Shown: piece by piece, positions 12,852 through 23,428 of the stretch
Position numbering within the stretch: position 1 is the stretch's first letter
Layout of the letters: every line of letters begins with the position of its first letter
Source: Candidatus Krumholzibacteriia bacterium
GTDB lineage: Bacteria > Krumholzibacteriota > Krumholzibacteriia > LZORAL124-64-63
DNA: 39,747 nt
Direction: 5' to 3'
Assembly (NCBI GenBank): GCA_036351155.1
Contig: JAZBOO010000127.1
Location: 1 to 39,747, forward strand
Made by a program: the position numbers and the translations under genes
Notes under the pieces: model-generated
What the model was told of the DNA's origin: nothing
The model's input: only the letters and a program-made list of their open reading frames with translations
The model's database searches: none

Positions 12852-13967
12852 ATGAGTCGGAAGAAAGACAGCAAGCCTTCGACGGACATCAGCGCACTGA
12901 GTGTGCGCCCAGGTGTCGACGCCCGCCATGACGGTTTGCCGGGGACCGCGGAGCCGGGGACAGGGCCGGTGCCCCGTCGGCGTGCGCTGTCCACCGACGA
13001 GATCGTGTCCGGTGTTCAGCGCGGCGACCGGGTGCTCCTGGCCCGGGCCATCACCCTGGTCGAGTCGGCATCGCCTGCTCACCAGGAGCAGGCTCAGGAG
13101 GTGTTGACCCGGCTGTTGCCCCATCGTTGCTCTTCCCTGCGGGTAGGAATCACCGGGGTGCCCGGGGCCGGCAAGAGCACCTTCATCGAGGCTCTGGGCT
13201 GCGGTCTGACCGCCCAGGGACACAAGGTGGCCGTCACGGCGGTGGATCCCTCGAGCAGCATCACCGGCGGCAGCATCCTGGGCGACAAGACGCGCATGGA
13301 ACAGCTGGCCGCCGACGGGAACGCCTTCATCCGGCCTTCCCCCTCCGGTGGCACCCTCGGCGGTGTGGCCCGCAAGACGCGAGAGACAATCATCCTTTTC
13401 GAAGCTGCGGGCTACGACGTCATCCTGGTGGAAACCGTGGGTGTGGGGCAGAGCGAGGTGCTGGTGCGCAGCATGGTCGATTTCTTCCTGCTCATTCTCA
13501 TTGCCGGAGCGGGGGATGACCTGCAGGGGATCAAGAAGGGCGTGGTGGAAATTGCCGATGCCATCCTGATCAACAAGGCCGATGGGGCTGGACTGCAGGC
13601 CGCCAGGGCCGCACGGGCCGAGTTCGAACAGGTGCTTCACTACCTGCGTCCGGCCACCGAGGGATGGCAACCCCGCGCGTTCACCAGCTCGGCCACCAGG
13701 GGCGAGGGCGTCATGGAAATTTGGCAGGTGGTGACCAGATACCGGCAGTTGACCGAGGCTTCGGGAGTCTTCCAGCAGCGCCGCCGAACCCAGGAAAGGG
13801 ACTGGGTCGAAGCTCTGGTGCGTGAGGGTTTGCAGGCGAGGTTCGAACGGCATCCCGCCGTGGCTGCTCTCAAGGCCGATCTTCTGGACAAGGTGTCCCG
13901 GGGTGAGGTACCCGCCACCACGGCGGCCCTGATGCTTCTGGAAGCCTTCGCGCAAGGCCAGGACTAG
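12852..13967 (+). CDS. meaB: Methylmalonyl-CoA mutase-associated GTPase MeaB/ArgK
   Basis: GVPGAGKST, VDPSS...GGSILGDKTRM, ETVGVGQSE, NKAD. Confidence 0.95.
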   Translation: MSRKKDSKPSTDISALSVRPGVDARHDGLPGTAEPGTGPVPRRRALSTDEIVSGVQRGDRVLLARAITLVESASPAHQEQAQEVLTRLLPHRCSSLRVGITGVPGAGKSTFIEALGCGLTAQGHKVAVTAVDPSSSITGGSILGDKTRMEQLAADGNAFIRPSPSGGTLGGVARKTRETIILFEAAGYDVILVETVGVGQSEVLVRSMVDFFLLILIAGAGDDLQGIKKGVVEIADAILINKADGAGLQAARAARAEFEQVLHYLRPATEGWQPRAFTSSATRGEGVMEIWQVVTRYRQLTEASGVFQQRRRTQERDWVEALVREGLQARFERHPAVAALKADLLDKVSRGEVPATTAALMLLEAFAQGQD

Positions 13968-15745
13968 AACGGCCAGAACCGCGGGATCAACAGCGACGCC
14001 CCCACCCAGACCACCACGTTCAGCACCATCCCCAGCCGCAGGAAGTCCGTGAAACGATAGCCACCAGGCCCGTACACCAGCAGGTTGGTCTGGTAGCCTA
14101 TGGGCGTGGCAAAACAGGCCGAAGCCCCGAAGCAAATCCCGATGATGAAAGGCCGCGGATCCACGCCAAGAGCCGAGGCGGTGGCCAGGCCGATGGGCAC
14201 CAGCAGCACCGCGGTGGAATTGTTGGACAGCACGTGGGAAAGCAGGCTGGTCAGGATAATGAAGGCCACCAGCACCCCGTGGGGACCGAATCGGTGGAAC
14301 ATCGACAGGAACCCGTTTGCGTACAGACCGGCGGCTCCCGTTTCGGTCATGGCCGTGCCCAGGGCGATGGTGCCGATGATGAGAACCAGGACCGGCACCT
14401 CCACCGCTTCGTAGGCCTCGTGAAGCCGCAGGCAACCGGTCAATACCATCAGAAAAGACCCGGCCAAAGCGGCGGTCAGGATGCTGCTCAGCCCGGTGGC
14501 CGCCGCCGCCACCATGGCCAGGAAAATGACCAGGGCCAGGGGCCCCTTGCTGCGGTTGGCCACCTTGGGCACGGTGTCCTCGACGATGAGCAGGTCGGAT
14601 TCGGCGCGCAGGCGTTCAAGTCGATGGGCGCTGCACTGGACCAGCAGAATATCGCCCACACTGAGGCGCAGCCGGCTCATCTTGCCCTCGGTGTAGTGCA
14701 CCCGGCGGCGCTGGGCTCCGATGACCACCAGGTCGTCGGCGGCGCCCAGGTAAGTGTCCTTGAGCTGGCGCCCCAGCAGGTGGCTGTCCGGGGGAACGAT
14801 GGCCTCGACGATCTGAGCATCCTGGTCATAGGGCGTGGCCATGGTTTCGCCGGCCACCAGGGGCAGGGCGGCGTCGCTGGTGCCCAGGATTTCCACCAGT
14901 TCACTGGCCGTGGCGCTCAACAGGATGATGTCGCCGGTGCCCAGAGTACAGACATCCGTTTCCGGATAGCACACCCGGGAGCCCTGAAAAACCTCATGCA
15001 CCTCGACGTTGGGAAAGTTCTTTTTCAAGGTGGCCAGAACCTCGGCTCCCACCAGCGAGCTGTCGGCGGGAATGGTCAGCTCGGCAATGTACTTGTGTCG
15101 GGCGCCCTTGTCGTGATGCAGGATGGGAGTGTGGGTTCTGGGTAACAGACGATCAGCGAGCAGGAAAATCAGCAGGCTACCGGTCACGGCCACCGGTACG
15201 CCCACCTTGGCCAGTTCGAACATGCCCAGGGGTGCCTGGCCGGACGAGGCCGCCAGGTCACTGACGATGATGTTGGTCGAGGTCCCGATCAGGGTGGTGG
15301 TGCCGGCCAGGATCGAGGCGAAGGAAATGGGTATCAAGAACTGGGCGGGGGAAAGGTGGTACCGACCCGACAGGGCGAGGATGACCGTCAGCATCATCAC
15401 CACCACCGGTGTGTTGTTGATGAAGGCCGACAGCACGCCCACCAGCAGGATACTGAAGAGCAGGATCAGCCGGGGCCGCCCCTGGGTCAGGCTGGCCAAA
15501 AGCCGGGTCAGGTAGTTCAGACCGCCGGTGCGCACCAGCCCCTTGGTCACGATGAACAGCGCGCCCACGGTCAAGGGCGCCGGATTGGAAAAGCCCGCCA
15601 CCGCCTGGCGGGGAGCCAGGATGCCGGTGACCATCAGTGCCACCATGATGCCCAGAGCAGTCAGATCCAGCGAAAGACGCTCGCTGATCAGAAGCGCCAG
15701 TGCGGTCAGCAGGATGATGGAGACAATCACGATTTCCAGGGTCAT
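13964..15745 (-). CDS. SLC13/DASS-family permease with TrkA-C domains (593 aa)
   Basis: SAFINNT, GTTTLIGTSTN, LSNNSTA, ATPIGYQTNLLVYGPGGYRFTDF; soluble TrkA-C-like middle region. Start at ATG 15745 (MTLEIVIV). Confidence 0.88.
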   Translation of the reverse strand: MTLEIVIVSIILLTALALLISERLSLDLTALGIMVALMVTGILAPRQAVAGFSNPAPLTVGALFIVTKGLVRTGGLNYLTRLLASLTQGRPRLILLFSILLVGVLSAFINNTPVVVMMLTVILALSGRYHLSPAQFLIPISFASILAGTTTLIGTSTNIIVSDLAASSGQAPLGMFELAKVGVPVAVTGSLLIFLLADRLLPRTHTPILHHDKGARHKYIAELTIPADSSLVGAEVLATLKKNFPNVEVHEVFQGSRVCYPETDVCTLGTGDIILLSATASELVEILGTSDAALPLVAGETMATPYDQDAQIVEAIVPPDSHLLGRQLKDTYLGAADDLVVIGAQRRRVHYTEGKMSRLRLSVGDILLVQCSAHRLERLRAESDLLIVEDTVPKVANRSKGPLALVIFLAMVAAAATGLSSILTAALAGSFLMVLTGCLRLHEAYEAVEVPVLVLIIGTIALGTAMTETGAAGLYANGFLSMFHRFGPHGVLVAFIILTSLLSHVLSNNSTAVLLVPIGLATASALGVDPRPFIIGICFGASACFATPIGYQTNLLVYGPGGYRFTDFLRLGMVLNVVVWVGASLLIPRFWPF

Positions 15746-15784
15746 GCCCAACTCCGGACCTGAGGATGCGTGCGGGCCGTCGGG

Positions 15785-15817
15785 AAAAATCAGCCCCTCC
15801 GGCAAGGAAGGGGCTGA
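15785..15817 (-). terminator. Intrinsic terminator after the peroxiredoxin gene
   Basis: TCAGCCCCT...AGGGGCTGA stem followed on the minus strand by TTTTT. Confidence 0.7.
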
Positions 15818-15833
15818 CTCACGGACCCACCGG

Positions 15834-16448
15834 TCAGTCGTTCAATGCTTCGTGCACCTTGCCCACCATGTCGGGGCCCGGGCGCAGGGTCTTGTCACCC
15901 TCGTCCTTCCACTTGGAGGGACAGCCCTCGTCTGCCTTCTTCTGCAAGTAGAGGTTGGCCTTGAACTTCCGCATGAGCTCGTCGATGTTGCGGCCCATGT
16001 TGTAGAAGTTCACCTCGGAATTGAACAGGGTGCCGTCGGGGGCAATGATGAAAGAGCCCCGCAAGGCCAGGCCGCTGCCGGGATCGTACACGCCGAACAG
16101 CTTGCTGACAGTGCCCGTGGGGTCGCTGCCCATCAGGTACTTCACATCGGCCAGTTCCTTCTCATCCCGTTTCCAGGCCAGGTGCGTGAATTCGGTGTCG
16201 GTGGACACGGTGATCAGCTTGGCGCCCATCTTCTCGAACCGATCTTGCTGCTCTGCCAGAGCAGCGAATTCGGTCGCTCAGACGAAAGTGAAGTCGGCCG
16301 GGTAGAAGAAGAGGATGGTCCACTTGCCCTGCTCTTTCAGCTCGGACAGGCTGACCTTGGGAAAGTCGTGGGCCACGGGGTCGTAGCAGTTGAAGGAAAA
16401 ATCGGGCACCGGGTGGCCGATTTTGACTTCGTTCATGGCATCGCTCAT
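15834..16448 (-). CDS. prxU: Selenocysteine-containing AhpC/Prx1-type peroxiredoxin (204 aa; Sec57 encoded by TGA at 16280-16278)
   Basis: ORFs 16278..16535 and 15834..16229 are in the same frame and join through one TGA: FFYPADFTFV-U-ATEFAAL. The TGA sits at the peroxidatic Cys of FTFVCPTE. Resolving motif EGCPSKW is present; AGGAG RBS before ATG 16448; SECIS-like hairpin follows the TGA. Confidence 0.9.
16238..16274 (-). promoter_or_regulatory. Bacterial SECIS-like stem-loop
   Basis: mRNA after UGA reads GCG ACCGA AUUC GCUGCUCU GGC AGAGCAGC AAGA UCGGU: an 8-bp perfect upper stem, a G-first apical loop 20 nt after the UGA, and a 5-bp lower stem. Confidence 0.8.
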
Positions 16449-16624
16449 GAGTCGGCTCCTTGGGACAGTGGGTGAAATCATACAGGTGAACAGTTGATCA
16501 GATAATAACGGATTTCCCGGTTTTGGCGACCACACTTTCGTTGCCGCTGGTCCAGAGTGCTCCCCGGTGTTAGATTTTCACCTTGCCCTGGGTTTTCCTA
16601 CAATCAAGCACGAGGATCTGAGTC

Positions 16625-18223
<1,599 letters not shown>

Positions 18224-18241
18224 CATTTGTGTTCGGTGTAC

Positions 18242-18274
18242 GATGGGGTTTCACGCTGTGGCGGAAACCCCATT
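18242..18274 (+). terminator. Probable terminator hairpin after cysS
   Basis: GATGGGGTTTC-A-CGC-TGTG-GCG-GAAACCCCATT followed by a T-rich tail. Confidence 0.6.
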
Positions 18275-18336
18275 GTTCTGCTATCTATTGGCTTTCCTCA
18301 GGTATGTGAACCCTTTGCTCACAAGGATTTGGTGAA

Positions 18337-19230
18337 ATGGAATTTGCACTTCGACGTATCAGCGTCCTCGCCGCCCTCGGCGTGTTGCTTCTGGTGATGG
18401 GCTGTGGAAACAGCTCCGAAAAAACTCAGAAACCGGTCCTGCGCTACACCGCTATTCCCGACCAGAACAGCACCGAGTTGATCCAGCGCTTCCAGCCGTT
18501 GACCGCCTATCTTTCCGAAAAGCTGGAAGTGCCCGTGGAATATGTCCCGGCGCGGGACTACCAGGCCTCGGTGGAGATGTTCCGGAACGGGGACATCATG
18601 CTGGCCTGGTTCGGTGGATTGACCGGCGTGCAGGCTCGCCATGCCGTGGCGGGAGCCGAGGCCATCGCTCAGGGGCAGGCCGATCCCCAGTACTACAGCT
18701 ATTTCATTGCCCACCAGAGCACCGGACTGGAGCGGAGCGAGGATTTTCCCTCTGCCCTGGCCGACCTGACCTTTTCCTTCGGTTCGGAAAGTTCGACCTC
18801 GGGAAGGCTCATGCCCGAGTACTTCATCAAGCAGAACACCGGGAAAAGCCCCATGGAGTTTTTCTCCCAGCCCTTCGGGTTTTCCGGCAGTCACGACAAG
18901 ACCTGCGAGCTGGTCGAGTCCGGCCGCTTCCAGGCCGGAGTGGTGAACTACAAGGTGTACGAGAAGCGGGTCGCCAGCGGCGAACTGGATCCCGAGGTGT
19001 GCCGCATCATCTGGAAAACTCCCTTCTACGCCGATTACAACTTCACGGCCCATCCCGAGCTGGAGAAGACCTTCGGCGCCGGTTTCACGGCCAGGCTGCA
19101 AGGGGTGCTGACGGGTATCGAGGATGAGGCGCTGCTGTCCGCATTGCCGCGCAAGAAGCTGATCCCGGCCCGCAGCGAGGAGTTCGACGGCATTGCCGAC
19201 GTGGCCCGGGAACTGGGCATGATCCGGTGA
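18337..19230 (+). CDS. PhnD-family ABC substrate-binding lipoprotein, putative selenate-transporter clade (TIGR04553-like)
   Basis: Lipobox VMGC; AIPDQN, AWFGGLTGVQAR, FGSESSTSGRLMP, FSGSHDKT resemble the selenium-associated PhnD clade (recognised by eye). Confidence 0.75.
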   Translation: MEFALRRISVLAALGVLLLVMGCGNSSEKTQKPVLRYTAIPDQNSTELIQRFQPLTAYLSEKLEVPVEYVPARDYQASVEMFRNGDIMLAWFGGLTGVQARHAVAGAEAIAQGQADPQYYSYFIAHQSTGLERSEDFPSALADLTFSFGSESSTSGRLMPEYFIKQNTGKSPMEFFSQPFGFSGSHDKTCELVESGRFQAGVVNYKVYEKRVASGELDPEVCRIIWKTPFYADYNFTAHPELEKTFGAGFTARLQGVLTGIEDEALLSALPRKKLIPARSEEFDGIADVARELGMIR

Positions 19231-20012
19231 GACCGCTGGCCGGCATCGAATCCCCGGCGGTGACCTGCCGGGGAGTGACGGTTCGCCGGGACGGCAGGGA
19301 TATCCTGTCGGAGGTCGACCTGACCATCAATCCTGGTGAGCAGGTGGCCCTGGTGGGGCCCAGCGGAGCGGGCAAGACCACCTTGCTGCGCCTCCTGAAC
19401 GGCATGGTCACGCCGACCGCCGGCCAGGTGATGGTGCAGGGTCAGGACCTGAGCCAGGTGGATGGACGGCCCCTTCAACGCCTGCGCCATTCCATTGGCT
19501 TCGTGCACCAGGATCTGCGCCTGGTCCCCAACCTGCGGGTCAGCCAGAATGTGCTGAGCGGCAAGCTGGGGGGGATGGGACTGTGGCGATCGCTGGGTCT
19601 CTTCCTGCGGCCGGGATCGGGCGATCTGGATGAAGTCCATGCCTTGCTGCACCGGGTGGGCATTCCCGACCTGATGTTCCAGCGTACCGACCGTCTCTCC
19701 GGGGGCGAGGCCCAGCGTGTGGCCCTGGCGCGGGCCTTGATCCAGAAACCCCAGGTGCTGGCGGCCGATGAACCGGTGGCCAGCGTGGACCCTTCTCGTT
19801 CTCGCGAGATCCTGGCCCTGTTGACCGAGCTGGGGCGCCAGGAAGGTCTCACTCTCTGTGTGAGTCTGCACGACCCCCAGCTGGTGCGTGAGTTTTTTCC
19901 CCGGGTGATCGGCATGCGCCAGGGCCGGGTCGTCCTGGATGAGCCGGCCGCCGAGATCACGGCCGCGCAGCTGGACCGACTGTATGCTCTCGAGGTGGAC
20001 GATGGCCTCTGA
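19227..20012 (+). CDS. PhnC-like ABC ATP-binding protein
   Basis: GPSGAGKTT, LSGGEAQRVALAR, ADEPVASVDP; GTGA overlap with the upstream gene. Confidence 0.9.
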   Translation: MRPLAGIESPAVTCRGVTVRRDGRDILSEVDLTINPGEQVALVGPSGAGKTTLLRLLNGMVTPTAGQVMVQGQDLSQVDGRPLQRLRHSIGFVHQDLRLVPNLRVSQNVLSGKLGGMGLWRSLGLFLRPGSGDLDEVHALLHRVGIPDLMFQRTDRLSGGEAQRVALARALIQKPQVLAADEPVASVDPSRSREILALLTELGRQEGLTLCVSLHDPQLVREFFPRVIGMRQGRVVLDEPAAEITAAQLDRLYALEVDDGL

Positions 20013-20913
20013 AGCCTCCACCGGAAGGCCGTCCGGGAACCGACGGCCAAGGTCAGCAGCAGGAACCGGCAACGGATCAACTTCAGGATCCATAGGCACA
20101 GGTCTGCTGGTGATAGCATTGCTTCTTATCGCCGGTGTGTGGGCGGCCTTTCAGCTTCGGCTTGACCCACGGAACCTCTGGCCCGGCCAGGGGGGCTGGG
20201 CCCTGATCCGGGAATTCTTCCAGGCCGCCTGGCACCCCGCCCTCTTCTTTCAGGAACCCTCCGCAGCCACCTCTTTCCGGGATGTGCCCCTTCAGGCCCT
20301 GCGCGCGGCCGGCATGACCGTGGTCTTCGCGGCGACCTCCCTGTCGATGGCCCTGGTCGGGGGGGTAATCTTCGGTGTCCTGGGCTCTTCCGCCTGGCAC
20401 GAGACCATCCCCGGCCAGGGACGCGGCCGGCCGCTGGTGACCACGGCCATTCGCTCCTTGATGGCTCTGATGCGCTCGATTCACGAGCTCATCTGGGCCG
20501 TGGTTCTGCTGGCCGCCCTGGGCTCTGATCCTCTGGTGGCCGTCCTGGCCATCGCCATTCCCTACACGGGAACCCTGGCCAAGGTGTTCTCCGAAATGAT
20601 CGATGAGGCCCCCCGATCGGCCTTTACGGCCCTGCGCGGAGGAGGAGCATCCCCCTGGCAGAGTTATCTCTTCGGCGTTCTGCCTCGAGCCCTGCCCGAT
20701 ATGCTGAGCTACACTTTCTACCGGTTCGAATGTGCTCTGCGGTCCTCGGCTGTGCTGGGGTTTTTCGGGTTCCCCACCCTCGGTTACTACATCGCCGCCT
20801 CTTTCGAGAACCTGTTTTTTCAAGAGGTCTGGACCTACCTGTATGTTCTTTTCGCCCTGGTCGTGGCCATGGACTGGTGGAGCGGGCGTCTGCGCAGGGA
20901 GCTGGTTTCATGA
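20002..20913 (+). CDS. PhnE-like ABC permease 1
   Basis: RSIHELIWA, AKVFSEMIDE, YRFECALRSSAVLGFFG. Start at ATG 20002 is approximate. Confidence 0.85.
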   Translation: MASEASTGRPSGNRRPRSAAGTGNGSTSGSIGTGLLVIALLLIAGVWAAFQLRLDPRNLWPGQGGWALIREFFQAAWHPALFFQEPSAATSFRDVPLQALRAAGMTVVFAATSLSMALVGGVIFGVLGSSAWHETIPGQGRGRPLVTTAIRSLMALMRSIHELIWAVVLLAALGSDPLVAVLAIAIPYTGTLAKVFSEMIDEAPRSAFTALRGGGASPWQSYLFGVLPRALPDMLSYTFYRFECALRSSAVLGFFGFPTLGYYIAASFENLFFQEVWTYLYVLFALVVAMDWWSGRLRRELVS

Positions 20914-21815
20914 CGAGGTCCTGGCAAAAGTTGCGGGCCGAGCGGCCGCGTCGTCCCTTCGTCCTCTGGAGTGTGCGGCTCCTTGGTCTCATCATCCTGG
21001 TCAGCTGGCTAGCCGGTGGTTTCCAGCCTCTGGACTGGCTCTCTGAACGGCGTCTGGCAAACCTGGGCCGCTTCCTGAATGAGATCAGGCCCTGGCCATT
21101 GCAAGGGGAAGCCTGGTCCGGAGAAATCGCCACCCGCTGGGCCGCCGCACTCTGGCACCAGCAGGGGGCCAAGGGGTTGCTGGCCACCTTCGCTCTCAGC
21201 CTGGCGGCCATCACCGGGGCCGGGTTTCTGGGGGCTGTGTTCAGCTTGCCTGCGGCTCGCAACCTGGCCACCTCCTCTCCGTTCCTGGAGGGGCCGAGGC
21301 CGTCCGGATTGTGGCCACGCATGCTGTGGCAGGGGGTGGTCAACCTGACCCGTGCGGTGCTGATTTTCCTGCGCGCGATTCCCGAGTACATCTGGGCTTT
21401 CCTGTTGCTGACCATGCTGGGACCGCAGTTCTGGCCCCTGGTTCTGGCGCTGGTTCTCCACAACACCGGAATCCTGGGCAAGCTGGGGGCCGAGGTCATC
21501 GAGAACACCAGCAGCCAGGCTCCCGGCGCCCTGCGGGCCCAGGGGGCGGGACGTCTTCAGATCGCCCTGGCCGCCCTGTTTCCCCTGACTCTTCCCCGCT
21601 ATCTGCTCTATTTCTTCTACCGCTGGGAAACCTGTGTGCGCGAGGCCACCGTGCTGGGAATGCTGGGAGTCAGTTCCCTGGGTTTTCTTATCGTGGAGGC
21701 GCGGGCCCGCAATCGTTACGATGAAATGATGTTCTATATTGGACTGGGGGTCATCCTGGTCCTGGTGGGCGATCTGGTCAGCGCCCTGGTCCGCAAGTGG
21801 GTGCGATCAGCTTGA
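20910..21815 (+). CDS. PhnE-like ABC permease 2
   Basis: RAIPEYIWA, GILGKLGAEVIE, YRWETCVREATVLG; ATGA overlap at 20910. Confidence 0.85.
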   Translation: MTRSWQKLRAERPRRPFVLWSVRLLGLIILVSWLAGGFQPLDWLSERRLANLGRFLNEIRPWPLQGEAWSGEIATRWAAALWHQQGAKGLLATFALSLAAITGAGFLGAVFSLPAARNLATSSPFLEGPRPSGLWPRMLWQGVVNLTRAVLIFLRAIPEYIWAFLLLTMLGPQFWPLVLALVLHNTGILGKLGAEVIENTSSQAPGALRAQGAGRLQIALAALFPLTLPRYLLYFFYRWETCVREATVLGMLGVSSLGFLIVEARARNRYDEMMFYIGLGVILVLVGDLVSALVRKWVRSA

Positions 21816-21834
21816 TTGGAAGATTTTTCCAGTG

Positions 21835-21863
21835 TTGCGTGAAACCCTTACTCGCAGTATTAA
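21835..21863 (+). promoter_or_regulatory. Candidate sigma70 promoter of the hybrid kinase
   Basis: TTGCGT-N17-TATTAA in an AT-richer intergenic patch. Confidence 0.4.
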
Positions 21864-21961
21864 TGAGACAGGAGGCGCGGATCGCCCTCTGACCCCGGGG
21901 ATAACCTGGTTCCAGTCTGGGCCAGGGGAGAGAGAAGGGTCGACAGTGATTCGCGAATACC

Positions 21962-23428
21962 ATGTCACTCTCAAAGGTGTTTCGTTCTCGGAGCGAAGGC
22001 CTGGTTGAGCCTTGTCTGCTTGTGCATGACGGGCGCATTTTGGATTGTAACACCCCGGCCTTGACGCGACTGGCCTGTACCCGGGAAGAGCTCCTTGGCC
22101 AGCCACCCCATGCACTTTTTTCCCTGTTTGAAATCCACCAAGGTGAAGGGCCCGGCCCTTCCGCACAGCTGGATGTCATCCCCTTGACCGGACTCGAAGG
22201 CTCGGGTGTTCTGGTCGTGGTCCGCGAAAAGGATGGCCTGGTTTCGTCGGGACCAGACCCGGCCTTTGGCGCCGACGTTCAGGAGCAGAGCCGGAAGCTG
22301 GAAAGTCTGGGGCTGATGGCCGGCGGGCTGGCGCACGATTTCAACAACTTCCTGCTGGCCATCCTGGGCAATGCCGATCTGCTGGACCGCGATCTGGCCG
22401 CCGGTAAACCCGGGGACGAACTCCTCAGCGAAATCCGGAAAGCCGCGGGCCGGGCGGCAGATCTTTGCAGTCAGTTGCTGGCCTATGCCGGCAAGGGGAA
22501 AACGAACTTCCAGCCGGTGGACCTGAGTCAGACTGTCCGGGAAATGTTGCCCATGTTGAAGGTGGCTGTGCCGCGCCGGATTGCCATGCGCCTGGATCTG
22601 GCAGAGAACCTGCCCCCCATTTCGGCCGACCTGGGACAAATTCACCAGATGATCATGAACCTGGTGGTGAACGCTTCGGAGGCCATCGGCACTGACGAAG
22701 GTTGTATCACCCTGGCCACCGGGATGGCCGAATGTCACGGCAACGTGGCGGATTTTTGCCTTTTCGGTCAGGGGACGAGTCAGGGTAAGACCGTGTTCCT
22801 GGAAATCCGGGACTCCGGTTGTGGAATGGAGCAGGACGTCAGGCGACAGATGTTCGATCCCTACTTCTCGACCAAGATCCGCGGGCGAGGCTTGGGCCTG
22901 ACCACGGTGCTGGGGTCGGTGCGCAGCCACCAGGGGAGCCTGTGCGTCAAGACGCATCCCGCGCGGGGCACCTCCTTGCGGGCCTGCTTCCCCACCACCC
23001 CTTTCGTGGAATCGCCCCTGGTGCCCCTGCGGTCCACTCGCAAGGAAAAATCCCGGCAGGGCAGCATTCTGATCGTCGATGATGAAGAGTATCTGCGCTT
23101 GCTTTGCTCCCGCATGCTTCAGCGTCTGGGGTACTCGGTCATCCTGGCCTGGGACGGCCCTCAGGCCCTGGAAATCTACCGCACCCAGGGGGACAGTATC
23201 GATGGGGTGATCCTGGATCTGGAAATGCCGGTCATGGATGGAATCGAGGTGCTGGAGCGTTTGCTGGCGTTCGATCCGGCCGCCCGGGTGATCATGACCA
23301 GCGGCTACCACCAGCGGGAAATCGCGGCGCGGTATCCCCACCGGGGGATCGCCGGTTTCATCCAGAAGCCTTACGTGATGTCCGATCTCGGCGAGGTCCT
23401 GGACCAGGTGATCAACTCGCCGGAATAG
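21962..23428 (+). CDS. Cytoplasmic hybrid histidine kinase/response regulator (PAS-like, HisKA, HATPase, receiver; CckA-like)
   Basis: GGLAHDFNN (H box), NLVVNASEA, DSGCGM, FDPYFSTK, GRGLGL; receiver IVDDE...LDLEMPVMDG...QKP. Confidence 0.9.
   Translation: MSLSKVFRSRSEGLVEPCLLVHDGRILDCNTPALTRLACTREELLGQPPHALFSLFEIHQGEGPGPSAQLDVIPLTGLEGSGVLVVVREKDGLVSSGPDPAFGADVQEQSRKLESLGLMAGGLAHDFNNFLLAILGNADLLDRDLAAGKPGDELLSEIRKAAGRAADLCSQLLAYAGKGKTNFQPVDLSQTVREMLPMLKVAVPRRIAMRLDLAENLPPISADLGQIHQMIMNLVVNASEAIGTDEGCITLATGMAECHGNVADFCLFGQGTSQGKTVFLEIRDSGCGMEQDVRRQMFDPYFSTKIRGRGLGLTTVLGSVRSHQGSLCVKTHPARGTSLRACFPTTPFVESPLVPLRSTRKEKSRQGSILIVDDEEYLRLLCSRMLQRLGYSVILAWDGPQALEIYRTQGDSIDGVILDLEMPVMDGIEVLERLLAFDPAARVIMTSGYHQREIAARYPHRGIAGFIQKPYVMSDLGEVLDQVINSPE

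Noticed and set aside
15834..16535. Peroxiredoxin as a nonsense pseudogene or as two small genes
   Set aside because: The only stop falls exactly on the catalytic Cys codon, is TGA, is followed by a SECIS-like hairpin, and both halves are intact. Sec recoding explains this better.
18337..21815. Phosphonate utilisation (phnCDE) call
   Set aside because: No C-P lyase or phosphonatase genes are nearby and the binding-protein motifs fit the selenium-associated clade better, so phn symbols were not assigned.
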